Assembly (NCBI GenBank): GCA_045810225.1
Contig: JBJMWI010000138.1
Coordinates: forward strand, 23-64,022
Direction of reading: 5' to 3'
Source of the DNA: Burkholderiales bacterium
GTDB lineage: Bacteria > Pseudomonadota > Gammaproteobacteria > Burkholderiales > JACQAP01
DNA length: 64,000 nucleotides
Part shown: positions 35,777 through 44,374 of the stretch, piece after piece
Layout of the letters: every line of letters begins with the position of its first letter
Numbering within the stretch: position 1 is the first letter of the stretch
Position numbers and translations under genes: made by a program
Notes under the pieces: generated by a model
What the model was told of the DNA's origin: nothing
Databases searched by the model: none
What the model saw: the letters and a program-made list of their open reading frames with translations, nothing else

Positions 35777-38203
35777 CTACGCCGCCTTTTCCTGCTGCGT
35801 AAATAATTGTTTCACTTCAACGCCCATGGCACAACGTACGGCGTCCTCGACATTCTCCAGCCATACGAACTGAAGTTTTTCCCGTGCGCTGGCCGGAACA
35901 TCTTCGAGATCTTTTTCGTTACGCTTCGGCAGCATCACGGTTTTGATGCCGGCACGCAGCGCGGCCAGTACTTTTTCCTTGACCCCACCGATGGGCAATA
36001 CCAACCCGCGCAACGAAATTTCGCCAGTCATGGCGACATCGGAGCGCACCGGCTTACCCGCAAGCAGCGACACCAGTGCCAGAAACATGGCTACGCCGGC
36101 ACTTGGACCATCTTTCGGCGTGGCACCCGCGGGAACGTGCACATGCAGATCCGACTTGTCCAGCGACTCTCCCAGGAACATCTTGGCCAGAGTCAGCGCG
36201 GCTTGGGCCGATTCTTTCATTACATCGCCGAGCTGCCCGGTCAAAATCAACTTGCCGGAACCCGGCACGCGGGTCGCCTCGATGAACAAAATGTCTCCAC
36301 CGACCGGTGTCCATGCCAGCCCGGTTGCCACGCCCGGCGTGGAAGTACGTTGCGCCACTTCGTTTTCGAAGCGGGGTGCCCCCAGGATGGCGTGCAAATC
36401 CGCTGCCTCAAGCGTTACGCTTTGCGCTTTACCCTCCGCGATTCTCATCGCTGCGGACCGCAACACCGAGCCGATTTCCCGCTCGAGATTGCGCACGCCC
36501 GCTTCACGCGTGTAATCGCGGATGATCGCGCGGATGGTGTCGTCGGTCAGCGTAACCTGTTCTGCTTTCAAGCCATTGGCCTCAAGCTGGCGCTTAACTA
36601 AATAGCGCCGCGCGATTTCCAGCTTTTCTTCGGCCGTATAGCCGGGCAGCTGGATAATCTCCATGCGATCGCGCAGCGGGCCGGGAATAGTATCCAGCAC
36701 ATTGGCGGTAGCGATGAACATGATCTTCGATAAATCGAAGTCCACGCCCAGATAGTTGTCGCGGAAGCGTGCGTTCTGCTCCGGATCGAGCACTTCCAGC
36801 AAGGCGCTGGCCGGATCGCCATGAAAGCCGCCTGCACCGAGCTTGTCGATTTCGTCCAGCATCAGCACGCCGCTACGCGATTCCGCGCGCCGCACCGCCT
36901 GGATGATGTTGCCAGGCAATGCACCGATATACGTGCGCCGATGGCCGCGAATCTCCGCTTCGTCATGCGTCCCACCCAAGGCCACGCGCTGAAATTTACG
37001 CCCTGTAGCACGCGCGATCGACTGCCCGAGCGAGGTCTTGCCCACGCCGGGGGGTCCGACAAAGCACAGAATCGGGCTTTTGCCTTCCGGATTGAGTTTT
37101 CTCACCGCGAGATATTCGAGTATGCGGCGCTTGATTTTCTCCAGTCCGTAGTGGTCCTCATCCAGGACTGCCCGGGCTTGCGCGATGTCGATTGGCGGCG
37201 TCTGCGTTATTTTCCACGGCAGTTCGCTTAGCCATTCCAGGTAAGTGCGCAGCATGGAATTTTCGCCACTGCCCTCGCCCATGCGCTCCAGGCGCTTGAG
37301 TTCTTTTTTGGCGTGCTTGAGCGTGTCTTCCGGCATACCGGCTTCATCGATCGCCTTCTTCAGGTCTTCGATTTCCGTGGCGCTCGCCTCATCTTCGCCC
37401 AGCTCTTTCTGGATCTGGCGCATTTGCTCGCGCAGCACGTGCTCGCGCTGGCGCTGATCGAATTCCTTTTTGGTCTTGTCGCCGATTTCCCGCGAAAGCT
37501 TCAGCACTTCAACGCGTTCGCTTAGCAGCGCAAGGATCTTGTCGAGGCGGCTTCTGAGGTTGAAATTCTCCAGCACGGACTGCTTTTCTTCGTTGCTGAT
37601 GTCCAGCAGGTTCGCCACCATGTCGGCAAGCAAACCGGGGGACGACATCCCCTGCACCACGGCAGACAAATCGTCCGGTACGTTCGGCAGCAGCTGGATG
37701 GCTTCAACCGCACGCGACTTCAGCTGAAGGAAACGCGCCTCTACTTCTGGCGTGCTATCCGCCGCCGTTTCGACAATCGCCACACGTGCGACCAGAAAAG
37801 GCCAACCTTCGAGGAACTCCAGCACGCGAAAGCGCGACTGTCCCTGTACCACCAGATGATGAGCGCCTTCATTCGTGAGATAGCGGACGACCTGGCCCAC
37901 GGTGCCAACCCAATGCAGATCGTCAGGCCCCAGTTCGTTCTTCTGCGGATCACGCTGCAACAGAAAGCCGATTGGTTGTTCGTTGCGTACGGCTTCCTGC
38001 GCCGCTGCGATGGAAGGCGCCCGCCCGACGGTCACCGGAGACATGATGCCCGGGAACAGCACGGCATTGCGCAACGGAACGATGACCAGCGCGTCTTCCG
38101 GTAGCGGTTTCAGCGTCGGATTGCTTTTGCTTGGGGCAGAGGCCCTGCCAGCCCGACCCTCCTCAGGCGAAAGCAATTCCTGCATCGCAGACGAAAAGTT
38201 CAT
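35777..38203 (-). CDS. lon: ATP-dependent protease Lon (LonA)
   Basis: The ORF is trimmed to MNFSSAMQELL; its ATG overlaps the hsp20 stop (ATGA at 38200-38203). It has the N-domain segment LVIVPLRNAVLFPGIMSPVTVGR, Walker A GPPGVGKTS and the protease Ser site PKDGPSAGVAM. Confidence 0.95.
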   Translation of the reverse strand: MNFSSAMQELLSPEEGRAGRASAPSKSNPTLKPLPEDALVIVPLRNAVLFPGIMSPVTVGRAPSIAAAQEAVRNEQPIGFLLQRDPQKNELGPDDLHWVGTVGQVVRYLTNEGAHHLVVQGQSRFRVLEFLEGWPFLVARVAIVETAADSTPEVEARFLQLKSRAVEAIQLLPNVPDDLSAVVQGMSSPGLLADMVANLLDISNEEKQSVLENFNLRSRLDKILALLSERVEVLKLSREIGDKTKKEFDQRQREHVLREQMRQIQKELGEDEASATEIEDLKKAIDEAGMPEDTLKHAKKELKRLERMGEGSGENSMLRTYLEWLSELPWKITQTPPIDIAQARAVLDEDHYGLEKIKRRILEYLAVRKLNPEGKSPILCFVGPPGVGKTSLGQSIARATGRKFQRVALGGTHDEAEIRGHRRTYIGALPGNIIQAVRRAESRSGVLMLDEIDKLGAGGFHGDPASALLEVLDPEQNARFRDNYLGVDFDLSKIMFIATANVLDTIPGPLRDRMEIIQLPGYTAEEKLEIARRYLVKRQLEANGLKAEQVTLTDDTIRAIIRDYTREAGVRNLEREIGSVLRSAAMRIAEGKAQSVTLEAADLHAILGAPRFENEVAQRTSTPGVATGLAWTPVGGDILFIEATRVPGSGKLILTGQLGDVMKESAQAALTLAKMFLGESLDKSDLHVHVPAGATPKDGPSAGVAMFLALVSLLAGKPVRSDVAMTGEISLRGLVLPIGGVKEKVLAALRAGIKTVMLPKRNEKDLEDVPASAREKLQFVWLENVEDAVRCAMGVEVKQLFTQQEKAA

Positions 38204-38616
38204 GTTGACTCCTTCTTGCTGAAAGTTAGCGTGAGACACCCGTCCTGCAGATTTCTTCCGGTCAGGGTGAGTGCTTGCGTGGGCAAGCCGATCCGGCGCG
38301 CAAAGCGCCCGTACGGAATTTCCAGTGCATGGACCCGCGCGGGCAGCGCAGCGGATGATTCAAGCGGAAACGAGCGCCGTGCTGAAATCGTGATGGCACC
38401 CGGCTCCATTTCGATGAGCACGGAGTCCGCAGTGGCGCCCGGCAAAGCCACATGCACCAGAACGGTCTCCGACATTTCGATAATGTCCACCGGCGGCTCC
38501 CAAGCGGGGGCCCGCGCCATGTCAGGACGGCAGAATTGGCGGTGCAGCCGGTCGGCCTGCTCCAGAAGCGAAAGCGCTTCGCTCCACATAAGGTTTGATA
38601 GATCGCGCGATGTCAT
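38200..38616 (-). CDS. Hsp20/alpha-crystallin family small heat-shock protein
   Basis: 138 aa from the ATG at 38616, with GGAG 6 nt upstream. The alpha-crystallin core is PPVDIIEMSETVLVHVALPGATADSVLIEMEPGAITISARR. Confidence 0.8.
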   Translation of the reverse strand: MTSRDLSNLMWSEALSLLEQADRLHRQFCRPDMARAPAWEPPVDIIEMSETVLVHVALPGATADSVLIEMEPGAITISARRSFPLESSAALPARVHALEIPYGRFARRIGLPTQALTLTGRNLQDGCLTLTFSKKEST

Positions 38617-38637
38617 CAAGGGCTCCGTAGTTGCCCG

Positions 38638-38666
38638 TAGATGGCGACGCCGATCCGGTATTCAAG
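38638..38666 (-). promoter_or_regulatory. Sigma-32 (RpoH)-type heat-shock promoter for hsp20-lon
   Basis: The minus strand reads CTTGAA (38666-38661), 14 nt, then CGCCATCTA (38646-38638). The E. coli RpoH consensus is CTTGAA-N13-15-CCCCATnTA. The -10 element ends 22 nt before the hsp20 ATG. Confidence 0.5.
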
Positions 38667-38849
38667 TCAAAGTTGAGATTGACCGTAGTGTGGAGCGAAA
38701 CAACCTTGTATTGGATGTGGGCTTTGTCAATGACTCGTTTGAATTCGACGTCGACCGGTACCTGCAGAGATCGGGCAGGATGCGTGGCCGAACTGGATTG
38801 CATCGGGCGGTCTAACGGAGCTTGACGCTGCTTAACGGGATTCAATGCG

Positions 38850-39101
38850 ATGGAATATGTCGGCCTGATCCAATGGCCTGCCATGGTTGCGACAGTCATT
38901 GCCGCATGGCTAGTCGCCTCCCAGCACAAACGTAAACGCGAGTTTGGTTTCTGGGTCTTTCTGCTCAGCAACGTGTTGTGGGTGATCTGGGGACTCTATG
39001 ACAAAGCTTTCGCACTGATCGCGCTGCAGATCGCTCTGGCGGCATTGAATATCCGCGGCGCCAGAAAAAACGATCCCGCATCGGCGGCGCAGCAAACCTG
39101 A
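38850..39101 (+). CDS. Small three-TM membrane protein (possibly a PnuC/SemiSWEET-like half unit)
   Basis: 83 aa with three hydrophobic segments. The motif FWVFLLSNVLWVIWG is reminiscent of PnuC-type W/N motifs. The functional call is weak. Confidence 0.5.
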   Translation: MEYVGLIQWPAMVATVIAAWLVASQHKRKREFGFWVFLLSNVLWVIWGLYDKAFALIALQIALAALNIRGARKNDPASAAQQT

Positions 39102-39122
39102 AGTGTCGAATATTTTTCGACG

Positions 39123-39695
39123 CTAAGGGCCCCGGTGGCCCACCAGCGCCAGAAACTCTTCCCGGGTCGCGACGGAATCCCGGAACGTACCGACGACGGA
39201 CGAAGTAATCATCTCCGAATTCTGCTTTTCCACCCCACGCATCATCATGCAAAGATGCCTGGCTTCAATCATGACACCCACGCCCTGCGCTTTGATGGAA
39301 TCCATGACCACCTGGGAGATCTGTTCCGTCAAACGCTCTTGGATCTGCAAGCGCCGGGCATACAGGTCCACCAAGCGTGCCAGCTTGCTCAGTCCGAACA
39401 CCTTGCCGCTGGGGATGTAGCCGATATGGCAGCGACCGAAGAAGGGCAGCATGTGATGCTCGCACAAGCTGTACACCTCGATGTTCTTTACGATGACCAT
39501 ACTATTGGTCTTCTGCGTGAAGATCGCATCATTTATGACGCTAACGGGATCGGTTCGCTCGCCGGAAGTCAAAAACTCAAGCGCGGCCGCTACCCGGTGG
39601 GGGGTCTTGAGCAAGCCTTCCCGCTCTGGATCCTCACCGAGTTCGATCAACAATTCGCGGACCAGTTTTTCTATTTTTTTCTTGTTCAATGCCAT
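39123..39695 (-). CDS. folE: GTP cyclohydrolase I (FolE)
   Basis: The ORF is trimmed to [16 protein letters not shown]; an alternative ATG is at 39713. The signature motifs [13 protein letters not shown] and HLCMMMRGV are present. Confidence 0.9.
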   Translation of the reverse strand: MALNKKKIEKLVRELLIELGEDPEREGLLKTPHRVAAALEFLTSGERTDPVSVINDAIFTQKTNSMVIVKNIEVYSLCEHHMLPFFGRCHIGYIPSGKVFGLSKLARLVDLYARRLQIQERLTEQISQVVMDSIKAQGVGVMIEARHLCMMMRGVEKQNSEMITSSVVGTFRDSVATREEFLALVGHRGP

Positions 39696-39899
39696 GGCGG
39701 GCATCCTTTGCATCGTGGAAGAGAAAAGCGTGGCAACTGAAGGCGGCAGGCGACGGCGGCGGTGGGTTACTTGTAATGCCGCTGCCGTCGTGCCGGATTA
39801 TTATCTTACTTTTGGGCTAGGGCGCATTTCGTGTCGGTCTGCTAGTGGGCACGACATGTGCCAGTTTCGGGCCTATAGCTCGTATAACGGGAGAATTGC

Positions 39900-40295
39900 A
39901 TGGCAAGATTGACTTTAATCGCGCTGATGCTGGTCGCTCTGTCCACCGCGCATGCCCAGTCCGATACGCCGCTGCAGCGCACGCAGGCCTTGCTGCAAGC
40001 CGTGCGGGATGAGCAGCATGCCGTTTATCAGCAGTTCCAGATGATCCAGTCACTACAACAGGCGGAAATGCAGAGTCCGGACCCTGCAGCTGCTGCATAC
40101 GTCGCCCCCGGTCAGATACCGAACTATGACGACACGTCGAGGGCGCGCCAGGAGCAGCAGACGCGGCTTAAGAATTATTCCTACGAATTGCAGCAGCTGC
40201 ACGCGCGTTATCGAGATCTGGGAGCGGAAGCCGCGCAGCTCGTCGAGCGGATTCGCACGCTGTCGCAAGACACGGCCGGAAGACAATCGCACTAG
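39900..40295 (+). CDS. Secreted coiled-coil hypothetical protein
   Basis: 131 aa. It has the signal peptide MARLTLIALMLVALSTAHA and a Q/A/L-rich helical remainder. A GGGAG lies upstream. Confidence 0.55.
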   Translation: MARLTLIALMLVALSTAHAQSDTPLQRTQALLQAVRDEQHAVYQQFQMIQSLQQAEMQSPDPAAAAYVAPGQIPNYDDTSRARQEQQTRLKNYSYELQQLHARYRDLGAEAAQLVERIRTLSQDTAGRQSH

Positions 40296-40317
40296 AACTG
40301 GCGATCAGCCGAGTTGG

Positions 40318-41085
40318 TTAGTTGGTGTCGCTGCTTCCGTGGCAACTCTTGTAGGCTTTGCCGCTGCCGCATGGACACGGGTCATTACGCCCCACATTGC
40401 GGCCATTTCGCCCAGTCGGCGCATGAAAGATGCGCTTGTCCAACCAGTAGCTGTACACCGTCATGACTGAATTGCCCATGGACCCGGCTGCGCTGCTGCG
40501 CAGCCGGCGCTCTTCGTCCGGTGTAATGGCCTCGCCGGCTTCCTCAGCGGCTTCGCGCATGCGCCCGGACAAGAGCATGAACGGCAGCAACATTTCTTCC
40601 ACTTGCTCGGGCTCACCGTGCTCATACCAGTCAGCTTCGGACAGGAGCACGCCTTCGAGGTAGCCCTCGCACCAGGTCGCCAGATCGTTTTCGCCTTCCT
40701 GGTCGGGAAATACGTACAGCGTCACGCCGCCGCTATCTAGTTCCTGCACGATTTGCCCATAAAACCGCATCACCAGGCCGAGAACTTCCTCGGCCTGTTC
40801 TTTGGTCTCATAGTCCGGAGCGTCTCCCAGCGCCACGGGCAGCCAGCGGCTGGGCGGAATGAGGTCGGGGGCGCTCGCCACGGCGCAGAGCATGCCCTGC
40901 AACATGTCGAGCGGCATAGCTTCTTCATGAAAAGTCTGGGAAATGAGCAGCCGCTCCAGTCGATCGAGCTCCGTCGTAGTGAGCGGGCGTTCGGAATGCA
41001 GAAATGGCGTTATGGGACGAGACACGGTCAAGCTGCTTTTGGCTGGTTTCGAAAGCAAGGATCGGAGTGTTCGCGCTCCTATCAT
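40318..41085 (-). CDS. yecA: YecA/UPF0149 family protein with a C-terminal SEC-C metal-binding motif
   Basis: 255 aa. The C-terminus [18 protein letters not shown] is a SEC-C motif, preceded by a UPF0149-like helical domain. Confidence 0.75.
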   Translation of the reverse strand: MIGARTLRSLLSKPAKSSLTVSRPITPFLHSERPLTTTELDRLERLLISQTFHEEAMPLDMLQGMLCAVASAPDLIPPSRWLPVALGDAPDYETKEQAEEVLGLVMRFYGQIVQELDSGGVTLYVFPDQEGENDLATWCEGYLEGVLLSEADWYEHGEPEQVEEMLLPFMLLSGRMREAAEEAGEAITPDEERRLRSSAAGSMGNSVMTVYSYWLDKRIFHAPTGRNGRNVGRNDPCPCGSGKAYKSCHGSSDTN

Positions 41086-41147
41086 CCTCCAATATTGGGT
41101 CGAAGGCGCGGGGGTTTCGCCCGGCCGACAACCAGGAGAGCATTATC

Positions 41148-42239
41148 ATGGGAAACATGATCACGAGCGAAGCAATGGGCGGGACGGCATATGCCACTGA
41201 TGCGCAGCGCTGGGCAGCTGTAGTAAGCCGCGACCGCCAAGCCGATGGGGTGTTCTATTACTCCGTCAGAACGACTGGCGTGTATTGCCGTCCGTCCTGC
41301 GCATCCCGGCCGGCACTGCGCCGGAATGTGGATTTCCATGCCAGCCGCGAAGACGCCGAGCGTGCCGGTTTCCGGGCCTGCAAGCGCTGCAAACCCAATG
41401 AAGCCCCCGCCGCCCAGCAATACGCCAAAGGCGTGACCAGCGCATGCCGTCTGATCGAATCCGCTGCGGAGTTGCCTGACCTCGCCACATTGGCCGCAGC
41501 GGCAGGCATGAGCAGGTTTCATTTCCATCGTATTTTCAAACAGATTACCGGCATGACGCCGAAGGCCTACGCGCTGGCGCGGCGTGGCCAGCGCATACGC
41601 GAGGAATTGCCCAAGCGCGCTTCGGTTACCCAGGCCATCTACGATGCTGGCTTCAATTCCAATGGCCGCTTCTACGCAAAGTCCAGCGCAACGCTGGGTA
41701 TGCCGGCGGCGCGGTTCCGTAAGGGCGGAGCCGGCGAATCGATTCGTTTCGCACTGGGCGAATGTTTTCTCGGGTCCATTCTGGTCGCGGCAACGGACAA
41801 AGGCATCTGTACCATTTCGCTCGGGCAGGATCCGGAACTATTATTGCGCGAATTGCAGGACCGCTTTGCAAAAGCGCATTTGATCGGCGGCGACCATGAG
41901 TTTGAGCAGTTGATTGCAAAAGTGGTCGCTTTCGTGGAAGCACCCGGACTAGGTCTGGATCTGCCGCTCGACGTGCGCGGCACGGTGTTCCAGCAGCGCG
42001 TGTGGCAAGCATTATGCGAGATCCCTGCTGGCGCGACTGCCAGTTATGCGCAAGTCGCAGAGCGTATCGGCATGCCGCGGTCTATTCGTGCCGTGGCGCA
42101 AGCGTGCGCATCCAACACCATCGCTGTCGCCATCCCTTGCCACCGCGTGATCCGCAATGACGGCAACTTGTCCGGCTACCGCTGGGGAGTAGAGCGAAAA
42201 CGCAAGCTGCTGAATCGCGAAACTCAAGTGCAGACATGA
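41148..42239 (+). CDS. ada: Bifunctional Ada: methylphosphotriester methyltransferase/AraC-type regulator plus O6-methylguanine-DNA methyltransferase
   Basis: The ORF is trimmed to the ATG at 41148, with AGGAGA 8 nt upstream. It has the N-Ada zinc site YCRPSCASR, the AraC HTH SRFHFHRIFKQITGMTPKAY and the MGMT active site IPCHRVI. Confidence 0.9.
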   Translation: MGNMITSEAMGGTAYATDAQRWAAVVSRDRQADGVFYYSVRTTGVYCRPSCASRPALRRNVDFHASREDAERAGFRACKRCKPNEAPAAQQYAKGVTSACRLIESAAELPDLATLAAAAGMSRFHFHRIFKQITGMTPKAYALARRGQRIREELPKRASVTQAIYDAGFNSNGRFYAKSSATLGMPAARFRKGGAGESIRFALGECFLGSILVAATDKGICTISLGQDPELLLRELQDRFAKAHLIGGDHEFEQLIAKVVAFVEAPGLGLDLPLDVRGTVFQQRVWQALCEIPAGATASYAQVAERIGMPRSIRAVAQACASNTIAVAIPCHRVIRNDGNLSGYRWGVERKRKLLNRETQVQT

Positions 42240-42997
42240 ATACTGCAACTCGACCCAAAATCGCCCTGGAACAAGCAGCGCAGTCGGTCGCGCGGGTGGT
42301 AAAGCGGCTGGCTGACTTCGATTGGGATCGCATACTCGACAACATCGACCAAAGCGGGTACGCGGTGCTGGAATCATTACTGACGCCACAAGAATGCGGG
42401 CTGCTCGCGGCACTTTACGACGAGGACTTGGCGTTTCGGAGCAAGATTGTCATGGCCCGCCACGGTTTTGGCCGGGGCCAGTACAAGTACTTTGCATATC
42501 CTTTGCCCGGCGTAGTGGCGGATTTGCGCCGTGCGCTCTATCCGCGGCTTTACGGTCTCGCCAATCGCTGGAATGAGCGCATGGGCGTAGCGGTTCGTTA
42601 TCCAGAAAAACATGAAGCCTTTCTCGACCGTTGTCACCGCGCCGGTCAAGTCCGTCCGACACCCCTGTTGCTGCAATACCGCGAGGGGGATTTCAATTGC
42701 CTGCATCAGGATCTCTACGGCGAGCATGTCTTTCCGTTGCAAACAGCCATCCTGTTATCCCGGCCGCAGCAGGATTTCACGGGTGGTGAATTTATCCTCA
42801 GTGAACAGCGGCCGCGCATGCAATCACGGGTTACCGTCGTACCGCTTGAGCAGGGCAGTGGCGTAATTTTCGCGGTGAACAACCGCCCGGTACAGGGGCA
42901 ACGCGGCAGCTATCGGGTCAAGTTGCGTCACGGCGTCAGCCCGGTCCGCTCCGGATTACGGCATACGCTCGGCATCATCTTTCATGATTCCGGGTAA
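42236..42997 (+). CDS. 2OG-Fe(II) oxygenase, ada-linked (probable nucleic-acid alkylation-repair dioxygenase family)
   Basis: 253 aa. Its ATG overlaps the ada stop (ATGA at 42236-42239). It has an HxD in CLHQDLYGEH and a distal His in LRHGVSPV. It resembles the ada-associated oxygenase family (Pfam Oxygenase-NA type, from memory). Confidence 0.75.
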   Translation: MNTATRPKIALEQAAQSVARVVKRLADFDWDRILDNIDQSGYAVLESLLTPQECGLLAALYDEDLAFRSKIVMARHGFGRGQYKYFAYPLPGVVADLRRALYPRLYGLANRWNERMGVAVRYPEKHEAFLDRCHRAGQVRPTPLLLQYREGDFNCLHQDLYGEHVFPLQTAILLSRPQQDFTGGEFILSEQRPRMQSRVTVVPLEQGSGVIFAVNNRPVQGQRGSYRVKLRHGVSPVRSGLRHTLGIIFHDSG

Positions 42998-43012
42998 TTG
43001 AAGGCGATAGAT

Positions 43013-44329
43013 TTATTCACCGGGCCCGAGCAGATAGCTTGGCACCGGTTGCACGAAGCCTTTCAGTTTGCGTGGCGCTGATGGAATCAGGTGCAGGCCC
43101 GCCTCGGCGCCCTTGGCAAGGTCGACAGTACGCTGATCAACCAGTATTTCCGTGTCGACCGCCTCGGCACACAAGCGTGACGCCAGATTGACCGCTGAGC
43201 CGACGGCCGCGTATTCGAGGCGCGAAGCCGTGCCGATCACGCCTACCGAAACCAATCCAGTCGCCACACCGAAGCCGACCCCCAATTGCAAGTCCCCATT
43301 CGACCAGCGCGCAGTCAACCCGGCGCCAGTGGCGCGGATGTCGCGCGCGAGGGTCAGCGCGCGCCGGGCGTGGTCGTCAAACGCGATCGGCGCACCAACC
43401 AGTATCAGCACCCCATCGCCAGCCTGATCCTTGATTGTTCCGCCCGCCCTGCCGGCCGCAGCGCCGACGGCATCGTAGTACTCGCGCAGAATCTGGATCA
43501 CCTTGCCCGGTTCAGCGGCGGCCGCAAAAGCAGTGAAGCCGCGCAGGTCGCAACACACCACCGAAAGTTCGAGCGTCTGTTCGCGCGTGGCACTCGCCAA
43601 CCCTTGTTCGCGCACGAGATCCGCCACCTGGGGTGCCAGAAAGCGGGACATGAATTGAGCCCGGCGACCCTGGATGACGTAATACTGCATGCCACCCACC
43701 AGAAACACCAGCATGCCAAATGAGACCATGATCGGGCTCAAGTTCGTGGGCAGCACCATGCTGCTCGCCAGGAACGGGGTTGCCGCCAGAAAAGACAGCA
43801 GGCGCTGGCGTTCAGCGACATCAGGCCGCCGGTTCAACGTCAGGATACCGGATGCAATGCCAAGCCCGAGCGAAATGGCGAGCGGAACAGCGAACAAATA
43901 AAATCCGGGCCCAAGGTCGCTGCCAGAAAGACCGCCACTGAATTCGTACGCGCGCACATGCGGGAAGACGAGGGCCAGCGCGCCATAGACTATGGCCAGC
44001 AACTGGGCCACGCGCAACTGAATATCACCGACCCGGGTTTTCAGGTTACGCGTCGGTATGGTTTTGCGTATGCGAAGCAGCCATTCATAACCAAAATAAA
44101 AGGCGCATACGTCCGGAATCGCGAACACTCCGCCCCAATACGGATAACGGTTGTCTCTGACCAAAGGCAATTCGAATTGTGAAAAACAGGCGATGGAAAT
44201 GCCAATGGAGGCGAGAAACAGGGACAGCGCCCGGCTTGTTGGCGCCTGACGGTCCCCCACGATGAACGCCAGCGCAATGCCCAAGGCCAGGAGCGATGCA
44301 ATAACCTGCGGCGTGGTCGAACTATCCAT
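43013..44329 (-). CDS. Membrane-bound class III adenylate/guanylate cyclase
   Basis: 438 aa. About 6 N-terminal TM helices precede a cyclase domain with LSVVCCDLRGFTAFAA, IKDQAGDGVLILVGAP and GSAVNLASRL. Confidence 0.85.
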   Translation of the reverse strand: MDSSTTPQVIASLLALGIALAFIVGDRQAPTSRALSLFLASIGISIACFSQFELPLVRDNRYPYWGGVFAIPDVCAFYFGYEWLLRIRKTIPTRNLKTRVGDIQLRVAQLLAIVYGALALVFPHVRAYEFSGGLSGSDLGPGFYLFAVPLAISLGLGIASGILTLNRRPDVAERQRLLSFLAATPFLASSMVLPTNLSPIMVSFGMLVFLVGGMQYYVIQGRRAQFMSRFLAPQVADLVREQGLASATREQTLELSVVCCDLRGFTAFAAAAEPGKVIQILREYYDAVGAAAGRAGGTIKDQAGDGVLILVGAPIAFDDHARRALTLARDIRATGAGLTARWSNGDLQLGVGFGVATGLVSVGVIGTASRLEYAAVGSAVNLASRLCAEAVDTEILVDQRTVDLAKGAEAGLHLIPSAPRKLKGFVQPVPSYLLGPGE

Positions 44330-44342
44330 GCGGTTAAATTCG

Positions 44343-44372
44343 GCTAAGCACGCAGCGACATGCGTGCTTAGC
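44343..44372 (-). terminator. Perfect 12-bp hairpin between the rbgA stop and the cyclase start (terminator or intercistronic stabiliser)
   Basis: The stem pairs gctaagcacgca (44343-44354) with tgcgtgcttagc (44361-44372) around a 6-nt loop. It begins 2 nt after the stop at 44375-44377. Only a short TTT follows on the minus strand. Confidence 0.5.
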
Positions 44373-44374
44373 GT

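Noticed and set aside
39745-39794. A 12-bp GC-rich hairpin (cgacggcggcgg / ccgctgccgtcg, 16-nt loop) in the folE upstream region, considered as a folE-motif / THF-II-type riboswitch.
   Set aside because: In the folE-sense RNA the stem has an A-C mismatch; it pairs better (as G-U) on the opposite strand. I also cannot recall or match the conserved riboswitch nucleotides. An Infernal scan with the Rfam folE-motif model would settle it.
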